The position numbers and the translations under genes were made by a program. Positions 36,415 to 49,693 of a DNA stretch of 64,000 bases are shown piece after piece; positions within the stretch are counted from its first letter, which is position 1; every line of letters begins with the position of its first letter. Below the pieces are notes generated by a model that saw only the letters and a list, made by a program, of their open reading frames with translations, did no database searches and had not been told where the DNA came from. The stretch covers positions 67,308,207-67,372,206 of the forward strand of contig NC_068990.1 in NCBI RefSeq assembly GCF_001194135.2, read 5' to 3'. The DNA is from Octopus bimaculoides (lineage: Eukaryota).

Positions 36415-38267
36415 NNNNNNNNNNNNNNNNNNNNNNNNNNNNNNNNNNNNNNNNNNNNNNNNNNNNNNNNNNNNNNNNNNNNNNNNNNNNNNNNNNNNAT
36501 ACAATTATAAATAAGGGCAAAAGAAAAGTTTCTATGCCAATATGCTGAGAAATAGACTTTAAGTCATCAATCACCACATACAATATATATCACTAGTGAT
36601 ATATATTTATAATTATTTATAATTTTCACTTTAAAAGTATTTTAATATGCTGGCCACTTGATGAAATTTTTTGAAAAAATTTTATCCTATATTAGAAGTA
36701 AATTTATATATATATATATATATATATATGACAAGTTTCTCTCAGTTTCTGTTTACCAAATCCACTCACAGGGCTTTGGTTGGCCCAGGGCTATAGTAGA
36801 AAACACTTGCGTAAGGTGCCATGCATTCAGGTTGACCCCAGAACCATGTGATTGGGAAGCAAGCATTTTATTTCTCAGCTGTGCCAATAGAAGTCTAAGT
36901 GTGTAACATGTCTGTCTAGATATGAAATGCATGTGTCTAGATTTGCAATGCATATCTCTAAGTGAAAGACAAATAGAGTGAAATAAATACAGAGAATCAG
37001 CAATGATTTTGTAATGGTGGATAGGATCATATTTAGACAATATAAATCTTGGATTACAGACAGGAAGTTATGTGTATACTTTATACAGCTGTGATCTTTC
37101 TTTACCTATGAAGTTTCTGAGAGATAAACTATACTGTTTAGGAGGAGATGATTGATCTATACATTTGGGATATGTACCTTCATAAGAACCATGAGATTGG
37201 CTGATCCCTTTCTGCAGGAAATTTGAGAAATATTTAAGGGACAGGATTGTACTTGTATGATCTTCATTCAATCTCCCTGAGGTCCTTTGTCACCATACTC
37301 TCTTCTGTCCACTTTATTGGACATGTTACTGTGAAAACATCACTCTCCACCTCCTCCTCCATATTCATCCCTCTCCCCTCATTACTTACCCCTGCTCTTT
37401 TCTCCACACAGCCACCCCATCACCACCTAATCCTCCCCTCCTCTTTGCTAATCTCTACATCCCATTCTTTTCACAAAAATAAACCCATAAAATCTATTTC
37501 TCTTATCATACTGTAACTCCTCACAGCCTCTCTCATGTCCTTGTCTTTTGGTGATGGCAGATTTTTCATTCTATGGTTTCTAAGGCAACCTTGCTAGTGG
37601 CATGGAACAAAGCACTCAGTACACACTGCAAAGTGGTTGACAAACCAAGCAGAGACAATACCAGGTTTGAGAGGATTTTTTAATTTTACAAAAGAGAAGA
37701 CAATCACTATAGTCCTGGTGCCAGGAAAAATAAAAATAAACAAAAACAAACAAAAAACCCCAGCTAATACACTCTGTATAGTAGCTGGGACCAAAAAAGG
37801 CATCCAACCTTAGAATTTAAGCTAAAGCTGAGACTTTGGAACAGGATGTGGCCTACTAGCTTGTTGAATCCTTTCAAACTGTACAACTCATGCCAGCATG
37901 AAAAAGGTTAAAGATGATAGTGATGGTATTGATAGTGGTAGGGGAATAGTAATGGTAAAGAAGGTAGTGGTAGTGGTGGTGTGGTGACAATGATGATGGT
38001 GAAGAGGATGATGATAGGTGTGAGGCATACCATAACTTTTAGAATTTATGAATGGAAGTTAGACATTTGTCAATTAAATATCCATTAATCTTATGATTTA
38101 CTTATACAACAATGCAAAACAAATACTGAGAAGGGGTATTTGTTTCACTGGTACCAGCCAGTGGACTGTGGCTACACTGAAGTAATGGTATCAAAATTCA
38201 GTAAAAAATGGTTTGAAAGTCAGTGAGTTGTGATGTAACAGGTTCAAGAATTCAGCCCTATATTGAA

Positions 38268-38311
<44 letters not shown>

Positions 38312-39064
38312 ACAGAGCGAGAGGAAGAATGAGAAGCAGTAGGAGAGAAAGCAGAGCTTGTTACATATTCGCGAATAGAAATATGGCTCCAGATAGAGAA
38401 AATACTGATCAAAACAAGAGTGAATAATGTTGTAAGAGAAAAAATGAAAGGTAATAATATTTTAGTTGATAGTTACTATTTCTGATAATATGGCATCTGA
38501 AAAATACAGACACACTCACACACACATATATAAATGCAATTCAAATTTCTGATCAAGAAGAAAACTGAATACTATACTGAAAAAAAGAATAGATATATTA
38601 TTCTAAAACTTTGTCAGTCATTAACCGCATATATCCATATCCACACACACATACATGCCCAAACATATACATGCAAGCAACGTTAAGAAATGTAATTAGA
38701 GTAAGGAAATTCAATCAGCTCTCTACAACTAATAAACAATTACTCCATAAATGGCATTGGTTAAACTTGTTAACGTCTTTGTTAAAATTTAAATAAGATT
38801 CAATCAACTATCTGTTTGTTTCTATGTTTATTATTAGGTGTTGATGTTGTTGTTGCTGTTGTTGTTTGTGTTGTTGTTATAGTGTAACAGTTATTGTTGT
38901 TACCGTTGCTGTTATGTTACTGTTGTTTCTGAGAAGCTATTGTTATAACCAATGCTTCAACTGAATTTGTTACTTGCTATGGCAGCAGCTACTGCTGCTG
39001 CTGCTGCTGCTGCTACAACAACTACTATTAGAACAAATAATGATATAACAACAACAACAACAAC

Positions 39065-39095
<31 letters not shown>

Positions 39096-39693
39096 GTAAT
39101 AATAATAATAATGATACTGTTATATTTGTTTACTTTCATTGTTTTAATTCTTTTTGTTGCTATTGTTTCTGCAAAATTTACATTTACTATCATTATTATT
39201 ATTATTAGTATTATCATTATCATTATTATTATTGTTGTTGTTGTTATAATTATTATTTGATTGAAGTCATTTTTTTGTTTGTTTTATGTTCATGTTTTAT
39301 TTTATGCTGCTGCTATCTTTTCCGGTGTTTTTTTCTACCATAAAATTCTTAATAAAATGTTAGAAATAATTAACTAAGTGCAAATAATTACTTAGAAAAA
39401 TAAATAAATAAAGATGTAAAAATTAGTTTTATTAAAGAATTCATTTAATAATTCATTTAACTGTTCTGAGTAAGAGAAACCAGGTACAACAAATGTTGCT
39501 AATAATTCTCCAATTGTGCATTTTGATGTTTTATATACATACTGTTGTGTTTACATTCTTTATGTGCATCTGCACAGTTATGAGTTTCTGCATTCGAATG
39601 TTTGACTGTGGGTGTGTGTGCATGTTTTAATTTTTCTTTCTTCCATCCACTTTTTCTCATTCATTCTAATTCTTTATTTCTTTTCTATAATTT

Positions 39694-39729
39694 GCTAATG
39701 ATGAAGGGCTAGCATCTGAAACGTTAAGC
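39694..39729 (+). ncRNA. Decayed minimal hammerhead-like motif in a Penelope-type terminus
   Basis: GCTA-ATGATGA-AGGGCTAGCATCT-GAAA-CGTT-AAGC: C3 is lost and stem II is weakened. The downstream TTAAACTAATA resembles the sequence after the 62811-62847 motif. Confidence 0.45.
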
Positions 39730-39766
39730 CACTTTCCTTCCCATTTAAATGTTAAACTAATATATC

Positions 39767-40130
39767 ATCATCGTTTAACGTCCACTTTCCATGCTACCAT
39801 GGCTTGGACGATTTGACTGAGGACTGGTGAAACCAGATGGCTACACCGGGCTCCAATCTGATTTGGCAGAGTTTCTACAGCTGGATGCCCTTCCTAACGC
39901 CAACCACTCCGAGAGTGTAGTGGGTGCTTTTACATGCCACCGGCACGAAGGCCAGTCAGGCGGTACTGGCAACGGCCACGCTCAAAATGGTATATTTTAT
40001 GTGCCACCTGCACAAGAGCTAGTCCAGGGGCACTGGCAACGATCTTGCTTGAAAGTCCGTACACATGCCACGGGTACAAGTGCCAGAAAGGCGATGCTGG
40101 GAACAGGTGCCATCATGATTTCTACATTTG
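39767..40130 (-). mobile_element. Family A, young long copy
   Basis: CpG-rich; closely matches 54987-55129 in reverse complement. Confidence 0.9.
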
Positions 40131-41053
40131 TTAAAAAAACTTGTCCTCCTTCTGTTGTCTTCCTTCTTTTCATGTTCATATCAATCTTAGCTGCAATCCT
40201 ACTCAATCAATTAGTGGTGACCTCACTAATGAAAGAGTCATAAAGAACCCAATACTCTCTGTAAATTAGTTGACATTAGGAAAGGCATCCAGCATGGCTG
40301 GAACCATGCCAAAGCAGACACTGGAGCTTAACTCAAGCCTCTGGTTGGCTTTTGTTAAGCTGTCCAGCTCATGCCAGCATGGAAGACAGATGTTAGATGA
40401 TGACAATGATATGTGTGTGTATTTAATTCATGTTTCACGAAGCAGCTTTGAATAAAATATATTTGTCTAATGTCATGACTCATACATTCAGTTACATTTA
40501 CACCATTCGATGTGAGTTTTTCTCTTGGGACTATTCTTGCAGTGATAGGTCCCATCCCATCTGCTTATAATCAAACATGTTAAATATGACTTTGCATAAA
40601 TATAATATTATTGTACTCAAAGCTACTTTGTACGACATTAATTATTTATTCTGATCACTGTTGTATTTCATCAGTGTCTGTCACCAAGCCCAGTGTATCA
40701 TCTGTTAATCTCATAATATACCAACGTGGGCAGGGAATCCATTATGTATGTGTGGACATATAGAAAATATATCTATGTTTATGTTCATGTAATCTTTCTT
40801 GTAAATGTTATAATGCCATATATACATGCTCGTCCATCTTATATCTCTTAATATATAATGGCTTGCTGTTGGCTCACATTTAGTCGCTAAATATATATTC
40901 CTCCTCTTCAGGTAAATTATAAACAATAACATAACTAAAATTTAAAAGACATTGTCAAAAGTTGTGGGTATTTCTACACAAACAATAAAGATAGCCATTA
41001 CACCTGTAGTGTGTGATAACATCCTTACTAGTGTGTGCAATTATATGTAACTG

Positions 41054-41092
<39 letters not shown>

Positions 41093-42047
41093 TTGAGAGA
41101 GAGAGAGCAAAGCAGAATATTGGAAATTTCTTGGTAGCATTTGTTCACCATTAGACGGGCTTCATTTGCTTAAAGGGAATTACAAAGTTTTACATGTCTA
41201 TCTAAGATGTAAAACTTTGTAATAGCTATTAGCAAATGAAACATGTGTAATGGTGAATGAATATTACCAAAAAATTTCCAATTTCCTATTTTGTTATACA
41301 ATAACTCTGAAAAACATATTTCCATAATTCTCAATTTTAATATGTAACTTGAACTAGCATATAGCAATAACTGAGACATATTGCATTGTAATAATGCAAT
41401 AAGCAGATATGCTTTAAGAGGAAACAGCTGGGGTTTATGCTCACTACACACACGCACTAAGAGATATAACATGGACAAACGTGTATATATATGACATATC
41501 ATTTTTAAAAAAAGATAACATGAACATAAATATAAATAGATATTTTGTGACGAAAAAATATAAAGCTAGAAATTCTTTACAGCTGTTTAAAAAAATTTCA
41601 GTGATTTGTTGCTGTAATAATGTGTATTAAGCACAAATGGATGTACATATTGATGCAATAATTTACATGTTCAACAAATATATTTTTAGTTACATTTACG
41701 CAACATCATTTATATATGATAAAAATGACAAAACACCATATATATGTGTGTGTCCACCTTTTGCCTCTTTATTACATATTCAAGCCATCTGTTTCTTAAT
41801 GCCAACTTGTCTTGTTCCATGAATTATTTCTACACTGATTAGGATGTTGGATTTTAAGAATCTGGACTAGTCTGAGCACACATCAAGTGTTTATTATACA
41901 CATTTACTAGCACTTTCTCTCTCATTAAATGTGTGTGTGCGTGTGCATGTGCGTGTGTGTGTATGTGTGTACTTTCTTATCCTTCAATACTATATGCTCA
42001 AATCAGTTGAGGGGACTCATCTCATGAATAGTTTATGACCTCAACAG

Positions 42048-43645
42048 TAGGGTGGAGCAAAAAATGCAGATTTCAAAATTGGTAACAGAGAATTGATATT
42101 GTGTTGCGAATTAGGGTTAAAAGAGAGCTGTATAAAGAACTTTGTGGTTAAGTATATTTTTCAGGCTCCTCAAGGCAATCAAAAAGTTTTTAAATTGCTA
42201 TTTTTGGTCGAATTTTGGATTTCATGGATTATAAGTTGTAACGAATACATATTCCTACAAAGCAGAATGCAAAACAGTGAACATAGTATCCTCAAGAGGT
42301 TGCATACCAAGTTTCAATACAAACTTACTAATATCTTGAGGGTCTGCATTGACCATAAAGTGAACGGGAGTGTGAACTTCTCTCCAGTGTCAATGCAACA
42401 GTCATTGTGTGTAGACGTATCTCATACATGTGTGACGTTTTCTGCTTTGTACCTTGACTTTATGCCATTGTATTAAAATTAATGATCGTATTAAATTTAG
42501 TGTTTTTACATTTAGTGATGACTCATAAGACAATAAAGTGTCATGATAATGAATGTCCAATATTTCGTACTACAAGTTATCTTAGCAACAGAGTTTTGCC
42601 AACTTACAAAGACGTACTAAAATGTGTTTTATTTGAACAAGAAAAAAAAAGAATGTAATTGAGAAAGATCCTTCAAGTAGACATATTGTCAAGATTGCAA
42701 CTGAAAAGTTAATTTTTCTTTAGCAAAAGGCATCCATCCTTTGTGTTACAATTGAGTCAATTAAACAAAAAATATTAAACTTTTATCTCAAGTACCAAGT
42801 GTTACTAAAATCTGTGAAAAATACAAAAAGTGTGCCATTGGTTCAAACAAGGTGTAATGTGTTTAAAAACAATGCAGCAAAATATTTATTCGACATTTCC
42901 TGTTGCAAGTGCAACTCATTTAAAAACTGCAGTCGTAGTAGAGACAAAAAGTACCACAGAGAGAAAAAAATTTTAAAAGAGCAATGGACAAATCGAAAAA
43001 TGATCATTGGCAGAACAGATCAAGCAGTATCTAAACAGAACGTTCAGAGGTTGTTTAGAAAGAATCGGCCAGATCACAGTTGCCCTTCCACATCAGCAAA
43101 GGAAAGTTCAAGATTTTTGGTTTAACTGACTCAATTGTAACACAAGGGATGGATACCTTTTGCCAAAGAAGAATTATCTTTTCTGCAACAATCTTGACAA
43201 GTTGTTTAATTTATGTTAATGTAATGTAATCTAGACCTATGTAACACATATATTTGGGGACCTAGTATTAAAAATAATAAAGAATACAAAGCCAAAAGTC
43301 TTTTTATTTCACATAAATTCGAAATTTTAAGTGCATTGGGGAGTCTGAAGATATAAATTCTAGAGTTTGAGATTTTAATACTCTTGTTTTTAAAGGAATT
43401 CACGAAAGAAAATTGACTTGTAACAACAAATGTAAAAAGTAAAATGAAAAACAGCAACCTTGTTATAAATTGATTTTTCACTCATTATTCAAAATTTCAA
43501 CTGGGCTGCAGAGCCTGAAGATGTATATTTAAGAACTTCAGATTATTAGACATTTTTTTTTTGAAGGATTTTACAATAAAAAATATATTCTTGAAAACAT
43601 ATTTCCAAAATCTATGTAAAAAGTACCTTCTTTTGCTCCACCTCA
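42048..43645 (+). mobile_element. Internally deleted hAT-superfamily element (TAGGGTG termini, hATm-like) inserted into a family A copy
   Basis: Termini TAGGGTGGAGCAAAA / TTTTGCTCCACCTCA. 8-bp TSD CTCAACAG / TTTAACAG; removing the element restores the family A motif GACCTC..CAG|TGCTGGTGC. Decayed N-terminal ORF from about 42517: CPIFRTTSYLSNRVLPTYKDVL..QKASI..LFDISCCKC..LKEQWTNRKMIIG. The subgroup name is from recall. Confidence 0.8.
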
Positions 43646-45026
43646 TTTAACAGTGCTGGTGCATGAAAAAAAGCATCCAATACTTTCTGTGAAATGGTTA
43701 GCAGCTGTAGAAACTATGCTAATGTAGACATTGAAGCTCAGCGCAGTCCTACAGTTCATCAGTTCATATTAATCCATCTAACCCATGCCAGCATTAAAAA
43801 GGGAGTGTTAAATAATGATGGTGATAGTGGTGACAACAACACTGAATACATACATATTTATATATGCATTCATATAATAATATAAATATATTTAATAAAT
43901 ATTTGCCAACAGCCAAGTTATATTTGAAATTTAAAATTCGTGTTATGAAAAATCAGTAAAGACAGTTTTAATATATCTACTATAAAGGAGATGCTGAGAT
44001 ATGAAATGTAATTATTTAAAATAAAATTTGGGGATATGTTGGAGTGTATGGGTATATAAATACACATATATGGACATCTTTGTATGGATATATGTTTCCA
44101 TATATACTATATGCATTTTAATGGTATATATATTCCTGTACAAATATATATTTACACACACACATATGTATGTTTATAAGTCATTGTATTTCTCTTTTTA
44201 TGTGTGTGTGTGTATATATGTATACATGTGTGTGTGTTTGCATGAGTGTGCATATATGTGTGTATGCATACACAGACATGCATATCTATACATATATACA
44301 CAATCACACAGAGGTGTGTGCAAATGAGTATAATTATGTGTATAAATATATATGTTTTATGTATGAAAATCCAGGTATTTATCACACACAAGATAAGTTG
44401 ATAAATGAGCACATGTTATAAATAAAAAAAAACCTTATTCTTATATATATTTCCTTTTTAATTTTTGCTGTTATTAATTTCTTTCTCACTAGTCATAGAA
44501 ATATTTCATACATAAATTAATATAATGTCAGATTTTACAAAACATTGAATAGATAGATTCCTAGCCAAGCAGTTATTAAGTTATATGCTTTATATAATAA
44601 GAGGATTTCAGAAAAGTTCAAAAGAACTGGGAACAAACATAACAAAAGACAATAAACTAAAAGGAAAATGACTTAACAATGGTAAAATAAATAGTGATAT
44701 TTTAATGGGAAATGACAGGAAGACGTTTTTAGGCCTATAAATTTTAGGAGTTCTTACATTCCAGTTAAAAATCAGTCTCTTTGCAATGGCATTGCTCACC
44801 AAAATATATTATCATTTCTTGTCAGTATTGATGCATATCATTTTATTTCTAGATGTAGAAGGGATATTATTTTAATTGAATATTTTATTAAATAAGTTGC
44901 ATTATGCAGCATAAAGACAAGCAAACAAGAAAGTTTTCTAATTCCGTTGCATCAGTTGTCTGGGCTTGTGAAGAGTCAGCATCACATTGAAATATTTTGC
45001 TCAAGTGGTGAGTAGTGAGAGAGCTA

Positions 45027-45069
<43 letters not shown>

Positions 45070-45154
45070 NNNNNNNNNNAAAACAAAAGTCAAACATAAA
45101 ATAATAATAATAATAATAATCATCATCATAATAATAATTATTATTATTAATATA

Positions 45155-45663
45155 ATGCTCTGATGCAGTACCAGGTAGTGGCTTTCATGGCTTCTGATCT
45201 TAACTGATAGGAAGTGTTACGTACATTGTTTTGTCTTGGTATAAAAGATGGGCTACAGTAAATATTTTGCTTAAAACTACAGAGCCGCTTGTCAGTTGTT
45301 TGACCTTAACCAGCTGTGCATGTCCTTTGATGGCTGACAATATGCGCATCTCTGATCATGAGTAGAAGTAGTCGGAGAGCATCATAGCCATGTGTTGAGA
45401 GGAATTCTTTGGGATTTGGATAATTCACCTCCAGAAACATGGGTGTTTCATTCAACAGCCTTAAACAACCCTCATTCAGGGAACTTTTGAGTAGGATGGC
45501 CAACTCAACCTGAAGAAAATTCTAACTGGGCCCCACCTGTAAGGCCATTTTACTGTTTATCTTGATATGAGATCACAATGTCATGCACATGTAGTTGTGA
45601 TGCATGTGTCTGGTGTACCCGTATCAGACAGGTAGTCATGATGGGTATACTGCTCTCTCATTC
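45155..45663. mobile_element. Family F non-coding interspersed repeat between (AAT)n tracts; second partial copy at 45839-46045
   Basis: The two copies share TGCTCTGATGCA.TAC.AGG..TAAAAGATGGGCTACAG.AAATATT..GACCTTAAC..GGCTGAC.ATATG.GCATCTCTGATCATGAG. No tRNA head or TIR is visible. Confidence 0.7.
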
Positions 45664-48600
45664 AATAATAATAATAATGATAATAATAATGGATTCAAAT
45701 TTTGCTCAACTGGTACTTATCAACCTTACAAGGCTGAAAGGCAAAGTCGACCCTGGCAGAATTTGAACTCAGAATGTAAATACGGACAAAATGCCACAAA
45801 GCATCTTGCCCAGTATGTTAACTATTCTGTCAGCTCACTGCTCTGATGCAATACTAGGGAGAGCTCCCAAGGGTTCTGATCTCAACTGATTGAAATGTAC
45901 ATGTTTTGGCTTGGAGTAAAAGATGGGCTACAGCAAATATTCTGCTCAATACCACAAATTTAGTTGTTGGTTTCTTGACCTTAACTAGTTGAGTATGTCC
46001 CTTAGTGGCTGACGATATGTGCATCTCTGATCATGAGCAGGAACAGTAAGAGAACATACAATGGCTATGTGATAAGAAGTTCGCTTCCCAACCACATGGT
46101 TCTGGGTTCAGTCCCACTACATGGCACCTTGGGTGAGTGTTTTCTACTGTAGCCTTGGACTGACTGACCAAAGTCTTGTTAGTGGATTCAGTAGACAGAA
46201 ACTGAAAGAAGCCCATCATGCCTATATACATATATATATATATATATGTCTGTTTATGTGTGTGCCTTTGAGTCTGTGTTTGTTCCCCCACCATTGCTTG
46301 ATAACTGATGTTGGTGTGTCTATGTTCCTGAAGCTTAGCAGTTTGGCAAAAGTGGCTGATATAATAAGTATAAGTATTAGGCTTACAAGGAATAAGTCCT
46401 AGGGTCAATTTCTTCAACAAAAGGCAGTGCTCCAGCATGGCCACAGTCAAATGACTGAAACATGTAAAAGAGTAAAAGAGTATATATATATATATATGTT
46501 TATATCTATCTGTGTGTGTGTGTGTGTGTGTTTTCTCATATATAATAATAGAGAGAGAGGGAGAGGGAGAGACAGGAACATATAATATGCATGTGTACTT
46601 ATACATACATTTATATAAGCATATATATATATTCACTTGCAAGAACACAAACAAACGCATATGCTACTTTCTCATGACTGTTGTTATCCTCAGGCTCGGC
46701 TCATTGGTCAAGTTGAATACAGAGTTTTATTCAACTAAAATTTGAAAGAATTCTTTGAACATTATGGAAACTGGATGAGGTTAGAATTTCCGACATTCTG
46801 CAAGTTAATTACTATTGCTCTTTGGTATTTTAATTAGTTAACATGTAACCTTTGCTGTATTTTGAAATGAATTTATCAATTTGTAGTAAAAGGAAGATGC
46901 AAGGGGTGGAGACGGAGGTGGGTGGGATCTGATAAGTAATGCTAAGAGGACGACCATGATGATAATAATGATGACGACAATAATGATGGTGATGACAATG
47001 ACGATACGAAGATGATGACAATCACAATGATAATGACATTGGTGGCAGTTATTGACAGGGAAGACAATTACACAGTGATGACTGATTTACTTAATATTAT
47101 TCGGAATCATAATCCCTCGAGCAGCGATGATTAAGATGGGAAGAGGAGCGGAAAGGGGACCTTGGAAAGTTGGGAGTTGTGGAAGATGAGGGTGAGTGGG
47201 TGGTGCGGATCAGGAATAGTAAGGTCATACCATATGACATGAGATAATTAATTAAATCTTAGAGGTCTTAAACAGACAAGCAGGTGTTACGAGGAATGCA
47301 TGGAGAGAAAAGTGAGGTGAAGAAACTAACCAAGTGTGTATGGAGAATTTCACTAAGGGGAGATAGATAGATTGAGAAAGATGGATATATACATATATGT
47401 ATACCCACATACATATATGCACACATATATGCATATATGTACACACACACACACATATGTACATATATATATGTATATATATGTATGTATATATATATCT
47501 ATACATATATATATATATGTATATGTACATATGTATATATATATATATATATATATGTATATGTACATATGTATATATATATATATATATATGTATATGT
47601 ACATATGTATATATATATATATATATAAATATATGTATATGTATANNNNNNNNNNNNNNNNNNNNNNNNNNNNNNNNNNNNNNNNNNNNNNNNNNNNNNN
47701 NNNNNNNNNNNNNNNNNNNNNNNNNNNNNNNNNNNNNNNNNNNATATATATATATATATATATATACATACAGAGAGAGAGAAAGGGTTCTTATATATGT
47801 ATGTGTCTATAGCATCATCATCATTTAACGTCCATGTTCCATGTAGAGTGAGAGAGAGAGGGGGGAGTGAGAGGGGGAGAGAGAGGGAGAGAAATAGAGA
47901 GAGAGAGAATGTGAAGTTGTGTACAGCTGAAGTAATGATGTCCAAATGACTTGAAAGGTTGGATTACAAATCCTGAACCTGTAACTTCACAGTGCATGAC
48001 CTAACAATCAGAAGTTAGTGAGTTGAGAGCAGATATATGTCACCTCCTCTAAGCTGACATTGTTCAAATTTGAAATTCATTGTCCTCCTCATCATCATCA
48101 TCGTTGTTGCTATTGTTATTACTGTTATTGCTATCGTCAATGAACACTGCAATTATCATTTATCAAACTGCCAATTACATGTATAACCACCTGCAAACAT
48201 GTGAACAGACTGCAGAACCATTGTAACATCTCTCTCCCTCTCTCTCTCTCAAACACATGCACACACACAAACAAACAAACTCACACACACATATACACAC
48301 ATGTATGTATACATATACAGATATCAACACCAAAGAAGACACAATATCAATTACCACTCTCGTTTAGAATTCTTTTCTCAATCTGAAACCTCTTCAAGAA
48401 AATCTAGAAAGTTCCAATTAGTGTTAATCTACTCTACAACAATAAGAAAGTCTCTGCAATCTGTAATCAGCTCAAAAACTAGAGCACATGAAAACATTGA
48501 ACATGTTTGAATATTAATCTGTCTGTTATAAGGTCAAGCACACATAACAAGAGGCTTCAGTGTGACCTCCAGCAGCTAACTGTACTTTAATCGACATCAG

Positions 48601-49308
48601 ACACAATAGTTTAATGAATTCATTGTGTCTTTGTAAGAGATGGAAGATACTCATTAGTAACAACAGCAGAAGCAACATCATAAACAATAACAGATGCAGG
48701 CATGGCTGAATGATTAAGAAGCTTGCTTTGGAACCACATGGTTTTGGCTTCAGTCTCACTGAACAGCACCTTGTGTAAATAGCATCTACTCTAGCCCTAG
48801 ACTAACCAAAGTGGTTGATAGAATCTTTATGCCAGCTCATTGTATGGGTGTGTTTTTGTATTTGTACCATCCACCATCACTCAGCAACCAGTGCTGATGT
48901 GTGTTTTGGCTCCATAACTTAACAGTTCAGTAAAAGAGACTAAAAGAATAGGTACCGGGCATAAATATAAGTATTGGAGTTGATAGTATTGGAGTTGAAC
49001 TAACTCCTTCAAGGGTTTAGTCAAACGTAGCTGCTGTCCAATGTTTGAAAGTTAACCAAGTATCTGGGTTGATGACATCAATTAATCTCTTCTCTCAAAA
49101 ATTGATCTTGTAGTTAACACTACCAAGAATTATGATTCTAGCTTATAAGAGAGCCTATATTTTATTGCTTGATCAGCAAGAAAAACAATGAAATTCTTCA
49201 AAAAATAAAAAGAGGGAACAGCCAATAATGGCTTCAAATTTTGGCATAGGGCCAGCAAATTTAGGGAAATGATCAAGTTGATTATATTAACAATAGTACT
49301 CAACTGGT

Positions 49309-49693
49309 GGAGGCGCAATGGCCTGGTGGTTAGGGCAGCGGACTCGCGGTCATAGGATCGTGGTTTTGATTCCCAGACCGGGCGTTGTGTTTATTGAGCG
49401 AAAACACCTAAAAGCTCCACAAGGCTCCGGCAGAGGATGGTGGCGAACCCTACTGTACTCTTCCACCACAACTTTCTCTCACTCTTACTTCCTGTTTCTG
49501 TTATGCCTGTAATTCAAAAGGTCAGCCTTGTTACACTGTGTCACACTGAATATCCCCGAGAACTACGTTAAGGGTACACGTGTCTGTGGAATGCTTAGCC
49601 ACTTGCACGTTAATTTCATGAGCAGGCTGTTCCGTTGATCAGATCAACTGGAACCCTTGACGTTGTAAGCAACGGAGTGCCAACAACAACAAC
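49309..49693 (+). mobile_element. SINE family D, full length with TSD, inserted into a family B SINE (49228-49845, minus)
   Basis: A-box TGGCCTGGTGG, B-box-like GGTTTTGATTCC, (CAA)n tail. TSD AGTACTCAACTGGT (49295-49308) / AGTACTTAACTGTT (49694-49707). Confidence 0.92.

Noticed and set aside
35262-36920. 13-bp inverted match AGACATGTTACAC / GTGTAACATGTCT flanking the 35.3-36.9 kb stack
   Set aside because: Too short, and it does not extend; no TSD.
45630-45665. Similarity between the family F end (CATGATGGGTATACTG) and the Dong-like 3' UTR (CATGATACTGGATACTG)
   Set aside because: Only two 6-mers match; too short to claim a SINE-LINE partnership, and the orientation of F is unknown.
49309-49385. 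tRNA gene (also 59740, 52580 and family B/C heads)
   Set aside because: A/B boxes are present but there is no complete cloverleaf or acceptor stem; each continues into a SINE body.
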